Below are positions 50,034 through 59,499 of a stretch of DNA of 64,000 bases, one piece after another; the stretch's first letter is position 1; every line of letters begins with the position of its first letter. The notes below the pieces were generated by a model. It was not told the DNA's origin, ran no database searches, and saw only the letters and a list, made by a program, of their open reading frames with translations. The position numbers and the translations under genes are program-made. The stretch spans positions 8,696-72,695 of the forward strand of contig DASRUE010000106.1 of NCBI GenBank assembly GCA_035687895.1. Reading direction: 5' to 3'. This DNA is from Bacteroidota bacterium (GTDB lineage Bacteria; Bacteroidota; Ignavibacteria; UBA10030; UBA6906).

Positions 50034-53000
50034 ATGGACCAACCAACCCTACACATCTATAGAACGCTTCTTACCCGACTGGCAGCCGTACGAAGGAAGG
50101 AGAGCATTGTCCGGATTGTGTATGGCACTCTCTTCTCCGGTGCGGTTCTTATCGCGACCCTTCTTGCCGCTCTGATTCTTGAGGAAACCTTCTACCTGGA
50201 TGTCCCGATCAGAACAGGACTTTTCTGGATTTTGGTTGCTTCCAGTGTTGGACTCTGCGCGTGGTACATTGTGCGCCCCCTTTTTACCCTGCTCAAAATT
50301 CTTCCCACTGAGACCAATGCTGAAACTGCGCGCAAAGTCGGGCAGCAATTCCCAAGGATTCAGGATCATCTCGTGAACATTTTAGATCTCTATCGCGAGC
50401 GGGTAAAAGGAATCCTGTACTCCTCAGATCTGATCGATGCATCTTTTGAAGATGCACGACGAGAGATGGAGCCGCTTGACTTCACGTCGGTTGTGAGCAA
50501 GGCAGCAACAAGAAGGATGAGCCGGCTCCTTGCTGTTGCGGTTGGGGCGGCTGTGCTCCTCGGGGGGGCCTTTCCTACGGCGTTCTTCGGCTCCGCCGAT
50601 CGACTGCTGCACTATGGTGAGTCGTTCGCAGCACCTGCTGCATATCGTCTTCGAATTGAACCAGGAAACAAAGAGATCGTCAAAGGAGAGACCGTCTCGA
50701 TTACTATCTATGTTCAAGGATCACCCCAACATCATGTCAGCTTGTTCACGAAACCGGCGGGTGAGATCGAGTATGAAGAACACAAGCTTGCTGCTAACGA
50801 CGGGCAGAGATTTACGCACGACCTTCCAGCGCTCAAGCTCAGTACGACATACTTCGCCCGCTCCGGCGACGTTCGGAGCGACGAGTACCTGCTTACCATG
50901 ATCGACAGACCTATGGTCAGGATGTTGCGGCTTCGGGTCGCCTCGCCCTCATATGCAGGGCTGCCCGTTCGCCATCTGGATGACAACATCGGTGACGTTA
51001 CTGCCTTAAAGGGGTCGCGCGTAAGCTTTGTCTTGGAAGCAAACAAAAACCTCACATCTGGGTCATTAGTCTTTGGTAACGATGACGTTTCCGGTCGAGC
51101 CGCAAGCGTACCTCCTCTCGACCTTTCGATCGATGGCCATACGGCCACCGGTTCGTTCGTGCTATCGAGAGATCATACGTATCATATTGTGCTACACGAT
51201 GAAGAGAGTCTTGCGAACGCCGAACCGATCAAGTACACATTGAAAATCATTCCGGACGCATTCCCCTCCGCCGTGATTGAGCTCCCCGGACGAAACCTCG
51301 ACGTGGCGGAAAACACCTCGCTCAACATGCTTTTCAAAATCACCGACGACTACGGATTCACGAAACTCAGGCTTGCATCCAAGCTCATGCAATCGCGCTA
51401 TGAGCGACCCGCGGACGAGTTCACTATCACCGAGGTCCCGCTTCCCCGCGGAATTCGGAACGAAGGAACCATTGCCTATTTGTGGCTGCTCGACAAGCTG
51501 AGTCTTGTGCCGGAAGATGTAGTGAGTTACTATGTTGAAGTGTTCGACAATGATAACATCTCTGGGCCCAAGTCGGCAAGAAGTGAAATCTTCACACTCA
51601 GACTCCCGTCGCTTGAGGAGGTATTTGCCGATCTCGACAAGGGACACGAGGAAAGTCTTGAAACGCTGCAGGAGGCGTTAAAAGAGGCGCAGGAAGCAAA
51701 ACGTGAGCTGGATGAGTTTCGGCAGGAACAACTGAAGAAGAATCAGCAGAAGATGGACTGGCAGGATCAGAAGAAGGCGGAGGAGCTGACGAAGAAATAC
51801 GGGCAAATCCAGAAGAAGATGGATGAGGTAAATGCAATTGTCGAGCAAATGACGAAGGAGATGGAGAGGAACCAGGTGCTCTCGAAGGAGACGATGGAGA
51901 AGTACCAGGAGCTGCAACAGATGATGGAGGACCTTAACTCGCCCGAGTTCGCGGAAGCAATGAAAAGAATGCAGCAAGCAATGCAGCAGCTCAGCCCAGA
52001 GCAGATGAAGCAGGCACTGCAGCAGTTCAATTTCTCTGAAGAGAACTTCCGGAAGAGCATTGAGCGAACGATGAACTTGTTGAAACGGATCCAGATCGAG
52101 CAGAAAGTCGATGAAGCGGTAAAGCGGGCCGAGCACATGCTAAAGCAGCAAGAGGAGCTTCAAAAGAAAACGGAACAAACCAACCCAATTGACAAGGAAA
52201 GCCTCAAAGATCTTGCAGAACAACAGAAAGATTTGAAGGAACAACTGAAGCAACTGCAAAAACAGCTCGCCGACCTCCAAGAGAAGATGAAGGAATTTCC
52301 CACGGAGATGCCTTTGTCCGAGTTGAACGATGCCGAGCAGCAGCTGGAGGAGGGCAACCTCGACGAACGGATGGAGCAGATCGCCCAGCAAATGCAACAG
52401 TCGCGGATGCAACAGGCAATGCAGGGACAGAAACAAGCGATGCAAAAAATGGGACAGTTCATGCGGCAAATGCAGCAAATGCAGAAATCCATGCAGCAGA
52501 ACCAGCAACGGCAGATTGTCAATGAAATGCGGCGGGCGTTGCAGGATCTTCTCGAGCTCTCCAAACGTCAGGAAGAATTGAAGGGCGAGTCGCAGCGGCT
52601 GGAGCAGAACTCCCAGCAATTTCGAGAGAACGCCCAGGAGCAGATGCAGGTGATGCGCGATCTTGCCAGCGTGACAAACTCTCTTTCCGGTCTCTCTCAG
52701 AAAACTTTTGGCATCTCCCCCGAGATGGGAAAATCAATCGGTGATGCACTGCGTGAAATGAATAGTGCGATGCAGGCGCTCGAGCAACGGAATGGGACAC
52801 AGGCAGGACAACGGCAAGGTGAGGCGATGGCGTCGCTGAACGCAGCCGCGTCACAGCTCCAGGGCTCAATGAACGCGATGATGCAGGGAGGTGGGCAGGG
52901 GATGGGGATGGCTGGCTTGATGCAGCGATTGCAACAGATGACTGGAAAGCAACAGGGCATCAATCAAGCTACCCAGCAGATGGGGGGGATGAGTCCGCAA

Positions 53001-53447
53001 CAAGCGGCGGAGATGGCTCGCTTGGCGGGTGAGCAGGGTATGGTGAGGAAATCACTTGAGCAACTGGCGAAGGAAGCCGCAAACTCCGGACAACTAAGCA
53101 AGCTCCTTGGTGATCTCAACAAGATCGCTCAGGACATGCGGGAGGTACAAACGGACCTTGCCCAGGGAAACGTCAATCCCGAGACGCTGAGGAAACAAGA
53201 ACGAATTCTCTCGCGAATGCTTGACTCACAACGTTCTGCCCGCGAGCGGGATTTTGAGAAGCGGCGCAAGGCGGAATCCGGCACGAACGTCGCACGCCGT
53301 AGTCCCGGTGCAATCGATCTTACCACGCAAGAAGGGCGTGCCAAGCTAAGAATGGATTTGCTTCGGGCAATGGAGGAAGGTTATGCGAGGGATTACGAAG
53401 AGCTGATCAAGAAGTACTTCGAAGCTCTCGAGCAAGTCGAACAATAG
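50034..53447 (+). CDS. DUF4175-like large membrane-anchored protein with a ~550-residue Q/M/E/K-rich coiled coil
   Basis: 1137 aa with N-terminal TM helices, a central globular region, then a long low-complexity coiled coil (..MQQAMQQLSPEQMKQALQQ.. and ..MQQSRMQQAMQGQKQAMQKMGQFMRQMQQMQKSMQQNQQRQ..). Adjacent to DUF4159, as is typical. Confidence 0.65.
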   Translation: MDQPTLHIYRTLLTRLAAVRRKESIVRIVYGTLFSGAVLIATLLAALILEETFYLDVPIRTGLFWILVASSVGLCAWYIVRPLFTLLKILPTETNAETARKVGQQFPRIQDHLVNILDLYRERVKGILYSSDLIDASFEDARREMEPLDFTSVVSKAATRRMSRLLAVAVGAAVLLGGAFPTAFFGSADRLLHYGESFAAPAAYRLRIEPGNKEIVKGETVSITIYVQGSPQHHVSLFTKPAGEIEYEEHKLAANDGQRFTHDLPALKLSTTYFARSGDVRSDEYLLTMIDRPMVRMLRLRVASPSYAGLPVRHLDDNIGDVTALKGSRVSFVLEANKNLTSGSLVFGNDDVSGRAASVPPLDLSIDGHTATGSFVLSRDHTYHIVLHDEESLANAEPIKYTLKIIPDAFPSAVIELPGRNLDVAENTSLNMLFKITDDYGFTKLRLASKLMQSRYERPADEFTITEVPLPRGIRNEGTIAYLWLLDKLSLVPEDVVSYYVEVFDNDNISGPKSARSEIFTLRLPSLEEVFADLDKGHEESLETLQEALKEAQEAKRELDEFRQEQLKKNQQKMDWQDQKKAEELTKKYGQIQKKMDEVNAIVEQMTKEMERNQVLSKETMEKYQELQQMMEDLNSPEFAEAMKRMQQAMQQLSPEQMKQALQQFNFSEENFRKSIERTMNLLKRIQIEQKVDEAVKRAEHMLKQQEELQKKTEQTNPIDKESLKDLAEQQKDLKEQLKQLQKQLADLQEKMKEFPTEMPLSELNDAEQQLEEGNLDERMEQIAQQMQQSRMQQAMQGQKQAMQKMGQFMRQMQQMQKSMQQNQQRQIVNEMRRALQDLLELSKRQEELKGESQRLEQNSQQFRENAQEQMQVMRDLASVTNSLSGLSQKTFGISPEMGKSIGDALREMNSAMQALEQRNGTQAGQRQGEAMASLNAAASQLQGSMNAMMQGGGQGMGMAGLMQRLQQMTGKQQGINQATQQMGGMSPQQAAEMARLAGEQGMVRKSLEQLAKEAANSGQLSKLLGDLNKIAQDMREVQTDLAQGNVNPETLRKQERILSRMLDSQRSARERDFEKRRKAESGTNVARRSPGAIDLTTQEGRAKLRMDLLRAMEEGYARDYEELIKKYFEALEQVEQ

Positions 53448-53575
53448 TGTTTTTCAGATGTCCCCCGCCCCCCGTTCTTCTGGTCGCCACCAGGAGAGCG
53501 GGTTCTTTCGTTTGTGGCATGTCGTTTTGAATTGCATTATATTCTTCACCACGATTTCACAAAGCGGATTCTCGA

Positions 53576-54757
53576 ATGACACCAGCGGCTCTTGCAAAGC
53601 ATCTCTTCGCAACGTACGAGCAATACAAGCTTCATTATCTCACCCCCGCAACATGCAAACACGAACCCATTCTGTTGGAGTTGCTCGAACTGGTGTCCAG
53701 GAGCAAGAAGCGGTTGTCCATGCAAGAGCTCGGCACCTCACTGGAAGGACGGAGTATCAATCTCATTACAGCCGGCAGAGGAAGCAAACATGTGTTGCTC
53801 TGGTCACAGATGCACGGCGATGAACCGACGGCAACGCTGGCGTTGATGGACATGATCAATTTCCTCGTCCATCATCAGGAAGAGAAATGGGTGAATGAGA
53901 TGCTGTCGGATATTTCCATCTATTGCATTCCCATGCTTAACCCGGATGGCGCAGAGCGCGTTGAGCGGAGAACAGCGGCGGGGATCGACATGAATCGCGA
54001 TGCGATTGCATTGGTGACACCGGAAGCGCGAATCCTGCGTGACGCGCACCGTCGGCTCAAGCCCGTTTTTGGATTCAACCTGCACGACCAGGAGTTGAGT
54101 TCCGTGGGAAACTCAAAGGAAGTAACGGCCATTGCGCTGCTTGCCCCCGCACTTGATGAAAATCATACCAAACCAATTGGCCGGCTACGCGCCATGCGTG
54201 TGGGAGCGCTTCTCGCGCGCACGCTTGATCATTTTGCCGAAGGACACCTGGCAACGTACGACGATACATTTGAACCGCGGGCATTCGGAGATAGCATGCA
54301 ACTCTGGGGGACAAGCACCATACTCATTGAATCGGGACATTGGCCGAATGACCGCGATAAGCACTTCATTCGGAAATTGAACTTCGTTGCTATTTTGTCA
54401 GCCCTGCGTTCCATAGCTAACGGCTCATATCAGGATGTAGATCTTGACTACTACACAAACCTCAAGCCCAACGCCAAGTGGATGTTCGACATTCTCATCA
54501 AAGATATCGTGCTGGACCACGGCAACGGATGGTCGCATAGCGCGGACATCGGATTGACAATCGACCCCCTGCTGAACAAGAACTCACCATCTGTTGTTGT
54601 AACGATCAAGGACCTCGGTGATCTCCGCACATATGCCGGCCTCGAGAACATTGGCGGCAGCAAACGAAGGATATCCTCTTCGGAACTTCGCGTCGGTGCT
54701 TCACGCCCGTTTCACGAATTGCTCGATCGCTTGCAGATGTACCACCCTCATTCGTAA
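53576..54757 (+). CDS. M14-family zinc carboxypeptidase
   Basis: Zinc-binding HGDE (WSQMHGDEPTA) and the NPDG motif (MLNPDGAERVERR) in M14 spacing. Confidence 0.75.
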   Translation: MTPAALAKHLFATYEQYKLHYLTPATCKHEPILLELLELVSRSKKRLSMQELGTSLEGRSINLITAGRGSKHVLLWSQMHGDEPTATLALMDMINFLVHHQEEKWVNEMLSDISIYCIPMLNPDGAERVERRTAAGIDMNRDAIALVTPEARILRDAHRRLKPVFGFNLHDQELSSVGNSKEVTAIALLAPALDENHTKPIGRLRAMRVGALLARTLDHFAEGHLATYDDTFEPRAFGDSMQLWGTSTILIESGHWPNDRDKHFIRKLNFVAILSALRSIANGSYQDVDLDYYTNLKPNAKWMFDILIKDIVLDHGNGWSHSADIGLTIDPLLNKNSPSVVVTIKDLGDLRTYAGLENIGGSKRRISSSELRVGASRPFHELLDRLQMYHPHS

Positions 54758-54837
54758 CTCCAGCCATTCATTCCCTGCGGAAGCCTTGAAAGTGGAGCAG
54801 GATAGTGTTACCTTGACGACGTTACCGATACTGCGCG

Positions 54838-55410
54838 ATGACGATCTTTATAAAAAACCAGAAGCAACAAGAGTTTGAGCGAGAAGCCCTTCCTCATATG
54901 GACTTGCTCTATAACTATGGGCTGCGGATGACCAACAATACCGCCGATGCCGACGACCTCGTACAGGAAACCTATCTCAAGGCGTTTCGGTTCTGGGACA
55001 AATATGAGAAGGGAACCAACATTCGGGCGTGGTTGTTCCGTATCTTGAAGAATTCGTACATCAATCGCTACCGGCGGGAAACCAAAGAGCCGGAAATGGT
55101 TGACTATGATGATGTACAGAATTTCTACAATACCGTCCGGGGAGAATCGTCCGAGACCAACGACCTGCAGGAGACTCTCTTCGGTAATCTTCTGGACGAC
55201 GACGTGGCAAAGGCGATCGCTGCACTCCCTGACGATTTCCGCACGGTTGTTATCCTGTGCGATATTGAGGGTTTGACATATGAGGAGATCGCTGAGTTCG
55301 TGGATATTCCGCTGGGAACAGTGCGGTCGCGGTTGCATCGCGGAAGGAAACTCCTCCGCGCACAGCTCTTGGACTATGCGAAGAACCGCGGTTATGTGGC
55401 CAACGACTAA
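54838..55410 (+). CDS. ECF (sigma-70 family group IV) RNA polymerase sigma factor
   Basis: Region 2 (..DADDLVQETYLKAFRFWDKY..) and region 4 (..TVVILCDIEGLTYEEIAEFVDIPLGTVRSRLHRGRKLLR..). An alternative ATG is at 54898. Confidence 0.85.
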   Translation: MTIFIKNQKQQEFEREALPHMDLLYNYGLRMTNNTADADDLVQETYLKAFRFWDKYEKGTNIRAWLFRILKNSYINRYRRETKEPEMVDYDDVQNFYNTVRGESSETNDLQETLFGNLLDDDVAKAIAALPDDFRTVVILCDIEGLTYEEIAEFVDIPLGTVRSRLHRGRKLLRAQLLDYAKNRGYVAND

Positions 55411-55458
55411 AGGATAGCAGAGTATTTGGCAGATTGTTAACAAGTTGATCAGGACAAG

Positions 55459-56313
55459 GTGAACTGCAAGCATTTTCAGGAGCAGATCAGCGGCGCGGTC
55501 GATAAAAATCTCTTGCGGCACGAGATGGACTCATTTCTTGGCCACATTGGGAAATGTCCTCAATGCCGATACGAATACGAGATTGAATCTGTAACGAAAG
55601 CCATTGTTCAGCGACGGGCAAAGGTCGTTCGCGCACCAGGAGCCTTGGTTCAACAAATCTCGCAGCAACTTGAGCGCGAAGCCGCACCATTTTCCGCAAC
55701 CTCTCCGATCCGGTTCTCTTCTTTTTTACAAAAGGCTTATGCGAAACCTGCTATCGCGTTCGCAGTCGCGTGCATTGCTATCGTACTCCTGTTGAATGAC
55801 CAGGGGAGAAAAGAAGGCACCCTGCAAGCCGGGTTCGCAGCGAATGATATCGTTCTCCAATCCCTTTCCAACTACAGCGCTGTGGTTGCCGGCGAGATCA
55901 AGCCACAGGTGGTGTCAAGCCAAACCGAGCCCCTTGCACAGTTTTTCTCCGACAAGACAGACTTTCCCGTTCTCTTTCCGAAGATGAAAGACTGCAAGCT
56001 TGTCGGGGGGGTGTTCAATGAATACTTCGGATCCAAACTTGCCCACGTCGTCTATTCGCATGACAGCGAGGTCGTCTATATGTATCAAACGTGCTGGGAG
56101 ACGGTTATGAAGGGAGAGCCACTTCATCTGTCCGATGACGTCAAACAGGCTTTGGAAACGACGGGGTGGTTCTCGCAAACCCACGACGATGGCCGTACCG
56201 TGGTTCTCTGGAAAAAGGAGCGAACACTGTGTGCGGCAGTTGCGCACATGAGCAAGGAAGACTTGATTGCCTGCTTGACGGACGGCGACGCAGATGGAAA
56301 ACCAGCGTGGTGA
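55459..56313 (+). CDS. putative anti-sigma factor (zf-HC2 / ZAS-type N-terminus, single TM, periplasmic domain)
   Basis: HIGKCPQC fits the H-x3-C-x2-C zinc motif; one TM helix (AIAFAVACIAIVLLL). Starts 48 bp after the ECF sigma gene (GTG). Confidence 0.6.
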   Translation: MNCKHFQEQISGAVDKNLLRHEMDSFLGHIGKCPQCRYEYEIESVTKAIVQRRAKVVRAPGALVQQISQQLEREAAPFSATSPIRFSSFLQKAYAKPAIAFAVACIAIVLLLNDQGRKEGTLQAGFAANDIVLQSLSNYSAVVAGEIKPQVVSSQTEPLAQFFSDKTDFPVLFPKMKDCKLVGGVFNEYFGSKLAHVVYSHDSEVVYMYQTCWETVMKGEPLHLSDDVKQALETTGWFSQTHDDGRTVVLWKKERTLCAAVAHMSKEDLIACLTDGDADGKPAW

Positions 56314-56459
56314 TCCTCCACTGCAATCGTCCTTCCTCCACTCAACCCCGTTCCCTCTTTTTCCGCATCAACGCCCACCGTTCTGTAGTTAATTGCCCCA
56401 TGTTTGTTTTTCCCTAGCAGGCAACGTATCTTTCTCCACGCCCACATCCCGGAGTTCTC

Positions 56460-56897
56460 ATGGCCACGTATTCTCGTATCCTCGTTCCGACGGACTTTTC
56501 GCGTTCCTCCTATGTGGCATTCGCTCCCGCAGCAGCCATTGCGAAAAAGTTCAAGTCCCGCGTCTACCTGCTCCATGTCGTAGCTGATGTGCCGGTCCTT
56601 GCCGTAAAAATGGGACTCTCGCAACTGCAACTTGAACACAGAATGCTCGAACATTCAGCTGCTGAGCTAAGGAAGGCCGCGAAGCGCTTTCCGATGAAAG
56701 GCGCCCAATTGATCCTTCGGAAGGGAACCGCGCAAGACGAGATTCTTAAAGCAGCCAAGGAGAAGAAAGTGGATCTCATCGTCATGGGGACGATAGGTAA
56801 GACAGGAATCGAATACATGCTTCTTGGCAGCGTCACCGAGAAAATTGTACGGCGTGCATCGTGCCATGTGTTAACGGTGAAGCCGAATCGAAAGTGA
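56460..56897 (+). CDS. universal stress protein (UspA family)
   Basis: ILVPTDFS.. N-terminus and C-terminal ATP-binding motif ..DLIVMGTIGKTGIEYMLLGSVTEKIVRRASCHVLTVK. Confidence 0.8.
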   Translation: MATYSRILVPTDFSRSSYVAFAPAAAIAKKFKSRVYLLHVVADVPVLAVKMGLSQLQLEHRMLEHSAAELRKAAKRFPMKGAQLILRKGTAQDEILKAAKEKKVDLIVMGTIGKTGIEYMLLGSVTEKIVRRASCHVLTVKPNRK

Positions 56898-56973
56898 CTT
56901 TGTGTCTCCGCGGGTAATGCTCAAGTTATCCCTTCCAGCCGTTCGACCTTGGACGCTACCCATGCTCGTTGCC

Positions 56974-57002
56974 TTGACAAACCATCCGATTCTTGGTATA
57001 TT
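56974..57002 (+). promoter_or_regulatory. sigma70-consensus-like promoter upstream of lon
   Basis: TTGACA (56974-56979) - 17 nt - TATATT (56997-57002). Confidence 0.45.
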
Positions 57003-57020
57003 TTTGCCACACAGCAAACG

Positions 57021-59483
57021 ATGAAAGGTGTCCTACCGACACCTTTTTCCGTCTTTTCAACCGTAATCCCGGCTCTCATGCAATCTGAAACAGTCACGAG
57101 CGGCGCTCACTCTTCCGACCCGCTTCATGCCATTCCGAAACAACTTCCGGTTCTCCCTCTGCGTGATGTTGTTGTGTTCCCTTATATGATTTTCCCCGTT
57201 CTGGTGGGACGAGAATCCTCACTCAAAGCTGTGAACCAGGCACTGGAGCGCGAGAAGTATATTTTCCTTGCTGCGCAGAAGAACTCGGTGACCGAAGAGC
57301 CCGGCATGGAAGACATCTATCATGAGGGGACAGTAGCCAAAATCATCCAGATCCTGAAGCTGCCCAATGGTTTGATGAAGATTCTCGTTGATGGTGTAGT
57401 GCAGGCGACTATTACGCGTGTGGTTCCCAACGAAAAGTTTCTTCAAGCGGAGGTGAAAGTCAACGCAGAGCGGATCGCCCTCGATTCCGAGCTCGATGCA
57501 TTGCTGCGTCACACCTCAAGCCTCTTTGCGGAATACGTCCACCTGAACCGGAACGTTCCCAGCGAAGTCCTGGTTGCGTTTGAGAATACAAAAGACCCGC
57601 AACGCAAGGTCTTCTACATTGCCTCCAATATTCTTCAGAGCGTCGATGTAAAGCAGAAAATTCTCCAATTGACAAGTATACGGGATCAGCTCCACGAAGT
57701 CATCCGGATCCTGAACTCAGAGAACGACGTCCTGAAAATTGAAAAGGAGATCGACACCAAGGTTCACGACAACATTGCCAAGTCCCAGCGGAAGTATTTC
57801 ATCCAGGAACAGATCCGTATTCTTCAGGATGAGCTGGGGGACGAGGACTCCTCGCCCGAGATTGTGAAGCTCCGAGAGGAAATCAAAAAATCCCGGATGC
57901 CGAAACTGGCAGAAGAGAAGGCGCTGGAGGAATTTGCAAAGCTGAGAAAGACCCCCGCGCTTTCACCGGAGTCGACCGTAATTCGTGGGTACCTCGATTG
58001 GATGGTCTCGGTTCCCTGGCACAAACGTACGAAGGACAACCTTGATATCGAACATGTCCGGAAGATCCTCGACGATGATCACTTTGGGCTTGAGAAACCC
58101 AAAGAACGGATCCTGGAGCACATAGCAGTACTGAACCTTGTCCGGGAAATGAAAGGTCAGATTCTCTGTTTTGTCGGTCCTCCCGGTGTGGGGAAAACGT
58201 CACTTGCAAACTCTATTGCCCGTGCGCTTGGCCGGAAGATCGTTCGGATCTCGCTCGGTGGGATGCGGGACGAGGCGGAAATTCGTGGACACCGGCGGAC
58301 CTACATCGGCTCAATGCCGGGAAAGATTATCCAGTCCATGAAGCGTGCCGCGGTGGTAAATCCTGTGCTTCTGCTTGACGAAGTGGATAAGATGAGCATG
58401 GATTTTCGCGGCGATCCATCTTCCGCACTCCTGGAAGTGCTCGACCCCGAACAGAACACGACGTTTAATGATCACTACCTGGATGTTGACTATGACCTTT
58501 CCCGCGTGATGTTCATTACCACGGCGAATGTCCGGTACGCCATACCGCTGCCACTGCAGGACAGGATGGAGATCATTGAGCTTCCCGGCTACCTCCAGCA
58601 CGACAAACGTGAAATTGCCCGCCGGCATATCATACCAAAACAACTGAAAGAGCACGGTCTCGAAGGCAAGCACGTTTCTGTCACAGATGCGGCGATCGAC
58701 AAGATAATCACCGATTATACACGCGAGGCTGGAGTACGGAACCTCGAACGAGAGATTGCATCGGTCTGCAGAAAGGTTGCAAAGGACATCGTGCTCGGCT
58801 CGCAGAAAAACGGTGACCGGAAGAAGAAAAAAGGTGTGATGGTGGATCCGCCACAAATTGAGCGCTTTCTCGGGGTGCCCAAGTTCAGAGAGCGTGTCAG
58901 GCCTGAGAAGCTGCGCATCGGCTCGGTGACCGGACTTGCCTGGACAAGTGTTGGGGGGGATATCCTGAATGTTGACGTCAGCATCATGAAGGGACCCGAG
59001 AAACTAACGCTGACCGGCCAGCTTGGAGATGTCATGAAAGAGTCTGCCCAGGCGGCGTTGAGTTACCTCCGATCGAATGCAAAGATACTCCGTCTCGACC
59101 CATCATTTTCTAAGGGAAAGGAAATCCACATTCATCTTCCCGAAGGAGCGATTCCGAAAGATGGACCTTCCGCTGGCATTACCATGGCGATGGCCATGTA
59201 CTCCGCCGTCAGTGGCAAGCCGGCACGGAGTAATGTGGCGATGACGGGTGAAGTCACACTGCGTGGAGAGGTGCTTGCCATCGGGGGTCTGACAGAAAAA
59301 CTCCTTGCAGCACAACGCAACAGAATCAAGACCGTCCTTATTCCGAGCGAGAATGTGAAAGATCTTCCCGAGGTACCCGAAAAGGTAAAAGAAGGCCTCT
59401 CGCTGATTCCTGTCACGAAGATTCTCGACGCTATACCGCACCTCTTTGGCTTGAAGCAACCTCGCGGCAAGGTAAAACAATAA
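57021..59483 (+). CDS. lon: ATP-dependent Lon protease
   Basis: LON N-domain (LPVLPLRDVVVFPYMIFPVLVGR), AAA+ (GPPGVGKTS, LLLDEVDK) and S16 protease domain with DGPSAGITM (catalytic Ser). ATG at 57021; alternatives at 57078 and the track start 56949 are in frame. Confidence 0.9.
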   Translation: MKGVLPTPFSVFSTVIPALMQSETVTSGAHSSDPLHAIPKQLPVLPLRDVVVFPYMIFPVLVGRESSLKAVNQALEREKYIFLAAQKNSVTEEPGMEDIYHEGTVAKIIQILKLPNGLMKILVDGVVQATITRVVPNEKFLQAEVKVNAERIALDSELDALLRHTSSLFAEYVHLNRNVPSEVLVAFENTKDPQRKVFYIASNILQSVDVKQKILQLTSIRDQLHEVIRILNSENDVLKIEKEIDTKVHDNIAKSQRKYFIQEQIRILQDELGDEDSSPEIVKLREEIKKSRMPKLAEEKALEEFAKLRKTPALSPESTVIRGYLDWMVSVPWHKRTKDNLDIEHVRKILDDDHFGLEKPKERILEHIAVLNLVREMKGQILCFVGPPGVGKTSLANSIARALGRKIVRISLGGMRDEAEIRGHRRTYIGSMPGKIIQSMKRAAVVNPVLLLDEVDKMSMDFRGDPSSALLEVLDPEQNTTFNDHYLDVDYDLSRVMFITTANVRYAIPLPLQDRMEIIELPGYLQHDKREIARRHIIPKQLKEHGLEGKHVSVTDAAIDKIITDYTREAGVRNLEREIASVCRKVAKDIVLGSQKNGDRKKKKGVMVDPPQIERFLGVPKFRERVRPEKLRIGSVTGLAWTSVGGDILNVDVSIMKGPEKLTLTGQLGDVMKESAQAALSYLRSNAKILRLDPSFSKGKEIHIHLPEGAIPKDGPSAGITMAMAMYSAVSGKPARSNVAMTGEVTLRGEVLAIGGLTEKLLAAQRNRIKTVLIPSENVKDLPEVPEKVKEGLSLIPVTKILDAIPHLFGLKQPRGKVKQ

Positions 59484-59499
59484 ACAGCACGCGTATTCT

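Noticed and set aside
51600-53200. Highly repetitive Q/M/K/E-coding DNA considered as a possible tandem repeat, CRISPR array or mobile element.
   Set aside because: The repetition is at the amino-acid composition level (heptad coiled coil), with no exact DNA direct repeats or spacer structure. It lies inside one continuous 1137-codon ORF.
53458-53823. 121-aa ORF overlapping the start of the M14 peptidase gene in another frame.
   Set aside because: It has no motifs and overlaps a gene with clear HGDE/NPDG signatures, so it is a probable shadow ORF. The 128-bp spacer 53448-53575 is treated as non-coding.
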